From NCBI GenBank assembly GCA_963746775.1, contig CAVVCK010000002.1:232978-296977 (forward strand): a stretch of 64,000 nt of DNA, given 5' to 3'. The stretch's first letter is position 1; every line of letters starts with the position of its first letter. This DNA is from an uncultured bacterium. Its GTDB lineage: Bacteria; Patescibacteriota; JABMPQ01; CAVVCK01. A program made the position numbers and the translations under genes. The notes below the pieces were generated by a model. That model did not search any database. It saw nothing but the letters and a program-made list of their open reading frames with translations, and was not told the origin of the DNA. Positions 57,082 to 64,000 of the stretch are shown in pieces.

Positions 57082-58170
57082 TTAATTATATTCATATCCC
57101 TTATCCTCAGGTATAACATCTACCCAAGTCTGACCTCTATTAAATTCATATTCTTTACCATTCTCATCATAAAATAAAGTTCTATCAGTCCTTGAAGTTT
57201 TCTTCCAAGTACCTTTAGTAGCTTGTCCATTTGAAAACATAGTAGCTTCTCCCTCACCAATTACATCTAACTCTAATCTACCATGATCATCTATTACTCT
57301 GGTAGGCAATTTATAAACAACGACATTTTTAGGTGCAAGTTGTTCCCCTGTATTTCTATCAGTATGCGCCGCCCCTGCATTAAATCTTAAATAAGTATTT
57401 GATTCCCTATTATATTTATATTCAACGCTATAGGCTGAACCAGAGAAATCGATTGAAATGGTTTTTACATCAGTTGGTCTATCTTCTAGAGCTGCTTCAT
57501 CCTTAAATTTCCAAGCTCTGAATTTAGCTGTTCCCTCTAATCCTTTATCTCTAACAGCATAACCTAACTTTTCTGAACTAGTAAACATATTATGTGGCGC
57601 TTCAGTAGAATTATCTCTCCAATAATATTTTGAACCCTCATACATAGCATTTATATTTTTAATATCTAGTCCTGAAACTTCAGCTAATACTGGGGGGTAA
57701 GCACCAGAAAAAGCATAAAGCGCATCATACTCTGATACCCACTCAATATAGTATGACCTGGCTGATCTAACTGGACCAATATTTTTAGCAACGTTTTTAT
57801 CTCCAGGAAAAACTAACATAAAACGAGTAATTCCCCCTTCAGCTAAGGCCTCATATACTATGCTAGCGCTAGATATACCTGATTGTGGTCTAACTGTACT
57901 CATATTCTCTACCATAACAGCCACTGGATATGGATTTGTTTCCTCTTCAGTGTTTACTATTACCCCATCAAGTTTTCTGGCTAAAACTGTTTCTACTGGC
58001 ACTTCTTTATCTGGCTTATTAATTTCTGAAATACTAAAATCCCCTCCTGTGACTAAATAATATCCCCAAACACTGCCAGCAGCTAAAATTGCTACAACTA
58101 CGATAACAGCAATTTGATATTTTTTATTTTCCTTTAGCAATGTAACCATTTTAGAAAAAAATTCTTTCAT
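57082..58170 (-). CDS. DUF3048-domain (YerB-like) membrane-anchored protein
   Basis: N-terminal TM; RPQSGISSASIVYEALAEGGITRFMLVF motif characteristic of DUF3048. Confidence 0.55.
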   Translation of the reverse strand: MKEFFSKMVTLLKENKKYQIAVIVVVAILAAGSVWGYYLVTGGDFSISEINKPDKEVPVETVLARKLDGVIVNTEEETNPYPVAVMVENMSTVRPQSGISSASIVYEALAEGGITRFMLVFPGDKNVAKNIGPVRSARSYYIEWVSEYDALYAFSGAYPPVLAEVSGLDIKNINAMYEGSKYYWRDNSTEAPHNMFTSSEKLGYAVRDKGLEGTAKFRAWKFKDEAALEDRPTDVKTISIDFSGSAYSVEYKYNRESNTYLRFNAGAAHTDRNTGEQLAPKNVVVYKLPTRVIDDHGRLELDVIGEGEATMFSNGQATKGTWKKTSRTDRTLFYDENGKEYEFNRGQTWVDVIPEDKGYEYN

Positions 58171-58288
58171 ATTTTTTGTTAATTAATACTGCTCCAATTA
58201 TTTTAATTGGAATCTTTTTTAAATTTTTAACTCTTGTATTATAACACTATTATCTTTTATTATTAGAACTCCCTTGTGGATAAATATT

Positions 58289-58729
58289 TTATACTTTTTC
58301 AAATACAATCCTTTGCTGAATTAAGTCTGCATAGACTAAAACAATTTCTTTTTCTGGATATTTATTATTTAAAATTTCTTTGCTCTCTATAAGATTTTTT
58401 ACATGGGCATCTTTCTCTTCTTCTACGCTGTTAAATGCTGCTCTTCCACCATAAGCTCCACAATCAGCATGATCAATGATGATTATTTTATCTATTTTAT
58501 GAAGATTTGCCGAGAGATCTATTTGATTCATAACCACCTCATAATCTGCCTTGTTCTTTGGATTAGCAATATTAAGTGATGCTCCAGCTAAAGATATTAC
58601 ATCTAAATCATTCATTCCTAATTTATTTTTTAAATATTCCAATGTCTCTTCTTTAAATCTAAAATCCATACAAAACAAAGCACAAGCCTGGGCTTTATGC
58701 TGATTGCTATATTTAAAAAGATATTTCAT
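58289..58729 (-). CDS. Beta-carbonic-anhydrase-like protein (short form)
   Basis: CMDFR (CxDxR) and HADCGAYGG (HxxCG) zinc-ligand motifs in a 146-aa ORF. Confidence 0.4.
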   Translation of the reverse strand: MKYLFKYSNQHKAQACALFCMDFRFKEETLEYLKNKLGMNDLDVISLAGASLNIANPKNKADYEVVMNQIDLSANLHKIDKIIIIDHADCGAYGGRAAFNSVEEEKDAHVKNLIESKEILNNKYPEKEIVLVYADLIQQRIVFEKV

Positions 58730-58754
58730 AACAAAATATTTTATTTTTATAATC

Positions 58755-59189
58755 TTATTCTGTCCTCGTCATGCCTCTTTTTCTCGTCCTTTTTCCAGCT
58801 ACTTTTATACGTAATAATGATCTACGCAAGGCAGCAGCTGCTTCTTCATATTGTGGTTCTGCTAATCCTTTTTTCTTCATTGTTTCTTCTGCTTTTTTCT
58901 TAGCTTCTTCTGCTCGCCTAATATCAATTTCCTCAGCGTGTTCAGCTGCATCAGTTAAAATTATAACTTTATTAGGATTTATTTGAGCAAAACCGCCTGT
59001 GCAAGCTATATATATAGTTTCTTTATTTTTTTCAATTTTAATTTCACCCTCTGCTAAATTAGTAACAAGGGGTACATGATGAGGCAAAATGCCAATTTCC
59101 CCCATTTGTGTAGGCAAATAAACTGCTTCTACTTCTTCATCAAAAATTTTCTTCTCTATGGTAACAATTTGTAATTCTAATTCCTTCAT
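58755..59189 (-). CDS. atpC: F0F1 ATP synthase subunit epsilon
   Basis: MKELELQIVT...beta-sandwich plus C-terminal helical hairpin; follows atpD. Confidence 0.85.
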   Translation of the reverse strand: MKELELQIVTIEKKIFDEEVEAVYLPTQMGEIGILPHHVPLVTNLAEGEIKIEKNKETIYIACTGGFAQINPNKVIILTDAAEHAEEIDIRRAEEAKKKAEETMKKKGLAEPQYEEAAAALRRSLLRIKVAGKRTRKRGMTRTE

Positions 59190-59195
59190 AGTTTA

Positions 59196-60565
<1,370 letters not shown>

Positions 60566-60696
60566 TTATATATTGTTTAAATTTTAATTTATTAATTTTT
60601 ATAATTTTGGCTTATTTTAGCCTAATATATATTATTAGTCAATAAAATATTGACTTATTTATCATTTTATGATTTAATATATGCAGGAGGCTCGAC

Positions 60697-61047
60697 ATAA
60701 AGTTTGCATCTTGTTTTTTTTCCGCTATTTTTTTTACCTTTTTTGCTGGCTGTGACCAGCAGCAGGAGGGACAACAACGGTCTCCTCAAGAAGATATTGT
60801 CGAAAATGTTGCTCCGACACCGGCTCCCCGGTGTGAAAATATTTCTTCGGCCGAAGTACCTGAATGTCCCGAGCTGACTTATGAAGCTACGCGTGGTAGC
60901 TGTCAAATCGGCAGCTGCTATTTTGCAGCCTTAAAAGCAGGTCGGAGACAGGACCGAGTCGAAGCCCTGTGTATTTCTATGAAGTTAGCAAGACTTCAAA
61001 GCAAAATTATGTATATTGATGAATTTGCCTGCCTTCAAAACCCATGA
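60697..61047 (+). CDS. Candidate small Cys-rich lipoprotein ORF in GC-rich island (no in-frame ATG)
   Basis: Frame-1 ORF ...(I)KFASCFFSAIFFTFFAGC|DQQQEGQQRSPQEDIVENVAPTPAPRCENISSAEVPECPELTYEATRGSCQIGSCYFAALKAGRRQDRVEALC...; AGGAGG RBS at 60685-60690 six nt before ATA at 60697; ATG at 60681 is out of frame across a T8 run; GC and codon usage unlike the rest of the window. Confidence 0.3.
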   Translation: MKFASCFFSAIFFTFFAGCDQQQEGQQRSPQEDIVENVAPTPAPRCENISSAEVPECPELTYEATRGSCQIGSCYFAALKAGRRQDRVEALCISMKLARLQSKIMYIDEFACLQNP

Positions 61048-61097
61048 GAACATAGCCAGTATCCTCTCTGGCTTTCAAATTTCATCGCTCATTTCTT

Positions 61098-61258
61098 TAA
61101 GGGGATTCAACCAAAAAACATTATTATAAAAAGTGTTTTGTGGTTAAATTATTTCTGGAGTCCCAGCAATAGTCGAAGATTTGAACATATTAAGTGTTTT
61201 TTGTCTTCAGCTTTTGTTGGAACTCCTTTTTTTTATTTGGAAATGTTCAATCCCCTTA
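61098..61258. repeat. 14-bp inverted repeat pair (TAAGGGGATTCAAC / GTTCAATCCCCTTA) bracketing ~130 bp just downstream of atpG
   Basis: 13/14 complementary; interior has direct repeat AAGTGTTTT x2; possible MITE-like element or long terminator hairpin. Confidence 0.4.
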
Positions 61259-61264
61259 TTAATT

Positions 61265-62230
61265 CTATCCTTCCAATGCTGCCTTCCCCGCACTAATTTC
61301 CGTAATTTCTTTTGTAATAACTGCCTGTCTAGCTTTATTAAATGTTAGAGTCAAATCATCAATCATATCACTCGCTGCATCATTAGCACTCTTCATAGCA
61401 ACCATGCGAGCCGAATGTTCAGAGGCATTAGACTCTAGGGCTCCTTGATATATTTGCATTTCAATTAATCTGGGTAACATAGTTTTCAATACTTCACCTG
61501 GTGATGGCTCAAAAATGTATTCTGTTCCTTCAGTCTTTTCTGTATTGTCAGTTCCTTCTGTGCTCTCTGTGGTTGCATTCTTCTCGTCTTCATCCCTCCC
61601 CACTGTCGCCAAATCAATAATATTTTCTTTAGTTATTGGAAGTAGTGTATTAATAACCGGTAGCTGTGTCATAGTATTTACAAAATTACTATAAATTAAA
61701 ACCACTTTATTGTATTTTTTTTCAACCCAATCATCCAAAGGAATTTGAGCAATTGGTGTAATATCATTGATACCAAATTTATCACCAATATTTAAAAATT
61801 CAGCCGATATATTAAATCCATTACGCTTTAGAAAATCTCTGCCCTTCTTACCAACAGCAATAAAATCAACTTTAGATTTATCTTCATGATCTTTCATAAA
61901 ATCTAGGGTCTTCTTTAAAACATTAGCATTTAGCGCTCCGCATAAACCCTTATTAGTAGTCATCAATACAACCAATATTCTATCAGATTTAACATCAAAT
62001 AATAAAGGATGCATTTTCCTATCAACCCTTCCAGATAACTCTGACAGCAATTTTAAAGAAGCTATGGCATATTCTTTGGTTTGCATAGCTGCATCTTGAG
62101 CTCGCTTCATCTTAACAGAGGCTACCATTTCCATAGCCTTAGTTATTTGCTTGGTATTTTTAATTGAGGTGATACGACGTCTAATGTCGCGTGTACTGGG
62201 CATAATTATTTTATAATAAACTCTAAACAC
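61265..62230 (-). CDS. atpG: F0F1 ATP synthase subunit gamma (with acidic Thr/Glu-rich insertion)
   Basis: N- and C-terminal coiled-coil helices (…ITKEITEISAGKAALEG C-terminus), central Rossmann-like domain; insertion EDEKNATTESTEGTDNTEKTEGTE. Confidence 0.85.
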   Translation of the reverse strand: MFRVYYKIIMPSTRDIRRRITSIKNTKQITKAMEMVASVKMKRAQDAAMQTKEYAIASLKLLSELSGRVDRKMHPLLFDVKSDRILVVLMTTNKGLCGALNANVLKKTLDFMKDHEDKSKVDFIAVGKKGRDFLKRNGFNISAEFLNIGDKFGINDITPIAQIPLDDWVEKKYNKVVLIYSNFVNTMTQLPVINTLLPITKENIIDLATVGRDEDEKNATTESTEGTDNTEKTEGTEYIFEPSPGEVLKTMLPRLIEMQIYQGALESNASEHSARMVAMKSANDAASDMIDDLTLTFNKARQAVITKEITEISAGKAALEG

Positions 62231-62347
62231 TAAATACTAAACTCTAAACAAATTCTAATAACCAAAATTATAAATTCAAAATTGTTTTAATAATTTGGTC
62301 ATTTGTATTTTAAATTTGTTTAGGATTTCGATATTCGGATTTAGGAT

Positions 62348-63871
62348 TTAACTTTTCACAAACCATTCCTTATCCACTGTCCCTTTAAATTCCTCTACCG
62401 CTTCCTTCAACCCACCCTCAATCTCTTCATCCAATTCTTTCTTTTCAGCAATCTTGCTCATTAACTTACCTTGCGAATCTTTTAAGTATTTATGGAATTT
62501 CTCTTCAAATTCTTTTATTTTATCTTCTTTAATATCATCCAATAAACCATTAATAGCCGCATAAATAATGGCTACCTGGTTCTCAACTGCCATAGGTTTG
62601 TATTGGTCCTGTTTTAGAATTTCTGTTACTCTTTTACCTCTCTCAAGCTTTTGTTTGGTTTCCTTATCTAAATCAGATCCGAACTGAGCAAAAGCGGCTA
62701 ACTCTCGGAATTGAGCTAAGTCTAATCTTAACTGTCCAGCAACGGCCTTCATAGCCTTAGTCTGAGCTGCTGACCCTACACGAGAAACTGATAAACCAAC
62801 ATTCAAAGCAGGCTTTATACCAGCGTAAAATAAATCTGATTCTAGATATATTTGACCGTCAGTAATAGAAATAACATTAGTAGGAATATAGGCAGAAACG
62901 TCGCCAGCCTGAGTTTCAATAATAGGTAGAGCGGTAATGCTTCCTCCGCCATAGTCTTCTGATACCTTGCAGGCTCTCTCTAATAATTTGGAATGCAAAT
63001 AGAAAATATCACCAGGATAAGCTTCACGGCCTGGAGGTCTTTTTAATAACAATGACATTTCACGATAAGCCCAAGCATGTTTAGATAAATCATCATACAC
63101 TATTAATGCTTCTTTGCCTTGTTTCATAAAATACTCGGCCATAGCACAACCAGCATAGGGAGCAATATAGGCTTGAGAAGCTGGATCAGAAGCACCAGCC
63201 ATTACTACTATAGTATGTTCCATAGCTCCATGTGCTTCTAAGTCTGCTACTATTCTAGCTATTTTTGATTCTTTCTGACCAATAGCTACATATATACAAA
63301 TTAAATCTTTTCCTTTTTGATTAATTATAGTATCAAGAGCTATAGCAGTTTTACCGGTCTGCCTGTCGCCAATGATTAGTTCTCTCTGTCCACGACCAAT
63401 AGGAATAGTAGCATCAATAGCTTTTACACCAGTTTGTACCGGAGTATCAACTCCTTTTCTCTCAATAACACCTGGAGCAATTTTCTCAATAGGCATGAAC
63501 TCTTCACTCTCTAAATCTCCTTTGCCATCAATAGTTTCACCTAAAGCATTTACCACTCTGCCTATCAAACTATTTGACACCGGTACACTTAAAATTTTAC
63601 CAGTAGATTTAACCGTATCACCTTCTTTAATTTTTAAATAATCACCCAAAATAATAGCACCCACCGTATACTCTTCTAAATTTAGGGCTACACCAAATAC
63701 ACCTCCTGGAAATTCCAACATTTCCGAAGACATACAATCGGTAAGGCCATGAATTTGAGCAATACCATCACCTACTTTCGTAACTGTACCCACTTTCTCT
63801 AAAGATGATTTTGCTTCAAAACCCTTTATTTTATTTTTTAGTTCTTCAACAATTTGGTTATTATCTGACAT
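62348..63871 (-). CDS. atpA: F0F1 ATP synthase subunit alpha
   Basis: Walker [10 protein letters not shown], 507 aa, typical alpha N-terminal beta-barrel and C-terminal helical domain. Confidence 0.9.
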   Translation of the reverse strand: MSDNNQIVEELKNKIKGFEAKSSLEKVGTVTKVGDGIAQIHGLTDCMSSEMLEFPGGVFGVALNLEEYTVGAIILGDYLKIKEGDTVKSTGKILSVPVSNSLIGRVVNALGETIDGKGDLESEEFMPIEKIAPGVIERKGVDTPVQTGVKAIDATIPIGRGQRELIIGDRQTGKTAIALDTIINQKGKDLICIYVAIGQKESKIARIVADLEAHGAMEHTIVVMAGASDPASQAYIAPYAGCAMAEYFMKQGKEALIVYDDLSKHAWAYREMSLLLKRPPGREAYPGDIFYLHSKLLERACKVSEDYGGGSITALPIIETQAGDVSAYIPTNVISITDGQIYLESDLFYAGIKPALNVGLSVSRVGSAAQTKAMKAVAGQLRLDLAQFRELAAFAQFGSDLDKETKQKLERGKRVTEILKQDQYKPMAVENQVAIIYAAINGLLDDIKEDKIKEFEEKFHKYLKDSQGKLMSKIAEKKELDEEIEGGLKEAVEEFKGTVDKEWFVKS

Positions 63872-64000
63872 GTTTTTTAAATATTATTTTGAATTTATTA
63901 TTAATAGATATATTTTAGATTGACGAATCGAGTGAAACAAAACTTGTTATTCCATAAATTTATCCTACTATTTCCTGCCGCAAAGAATCTAGCTTCCCCC

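Noticed and set aside
60667-60906. 79-aa minus-strand ORF in the GC-rich island
   Set aside because: Arg/Ser/Leu-rich translation typical of GC-rich non-coding frames. The opposite-strand frame with a lipoprotein signal is more coherent. This one is kept only as part of the island finding.
60600-61060. GC-rich island as a structured ncRNA gene (RNase P RNA, tmRNA, SRP RNA, 6S)
   Set aside because: I looked on both strands for hallmark strings (GGGUGAAA/AGGAAAGUCC for RNase P, tRNA-like ends and resume-codon context for tmRNA, SRP domain IV GGAA tetraloop helix) and found none. A long open frame with signal peptide fits better. Only cmscan could fully exclude an RNA.

Overview
This 64-kb window is a low-GC (~30%) chromosomal segment with small, tightly packed genes, almost all on the minus strand. 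The gene content and style point to a small-genome Candidate Phyla Radiation (CPR)/Patescibacteria-like bacterium; this is an inference. The evidence is giant repeat-rich surface proteins, a partial archaeal-type mevalonate route with isopentenyl phosphate kinase, and a bacterial Elp3.

Recognisable housekeeping blocks:
- a partial msrA at the left edge, then Rieske/SDR/flavodoxin genes, an MFS transporter and uppP
- a ppsA-pyk pair, lgt and a family-4 UDG
- a zur-znuACB operon
- a dcw fragment (mraZ-rsmH-ftsL-ftsI-murF)
- rplJ-rplL, then mltG, a mannose-1-P guanylyltransferase and uppS, followed by the idi-IPK-MVD-like-trxB block
- rpsB-tsf-pyrH-ricT
- elp3-rpmE-prfA-(membrane GT)-prmC
- the F-ATPase genes atpC/D/G/A
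- eight tRNA genes

Most unusual loci:
- A tRNA-Trp(CCA) locus where a second tRNA-Trp is split at the anticodon (nt 34/35) by about 470 bp. The insert carries an intact tRNA-Trp, a GIY-YIG nuclease ORF that starts 1 nt after the tRNA, and three copies of a 26-bp perfect palindrome exactly at the anticodon-loop junctions.
- A ~400-bp GC-rich (~50%) island inside the atp operon, between atpG and atpD. It holds a plus-strand Cys-rich lipoprotein-like ORF with foreign codon usage, a perfect RBS and no in-frame ATG.
- Three homopolymer-associated frameshifts in essential-looking genes (atpD, idi, and the rplL start). They suggest indel errors in the assembly, or real pseudogenes.
- Several families of GC-rich hairpin/palindrome repeats in intergenic DNA. 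These are a ~65-nt structured element in inverted copies upstream of elp3 and prfA, and ATCCGC arrays with ~10-11-bp periodicity. There are also CACGTACGAAATTT repeats upstream of rpsB, TTTA-loop mini-hairpins and GCATGC-centred palindromes, one of them inside prmC.

No CRISPR array, rRNA or classical transposase gene was seen.
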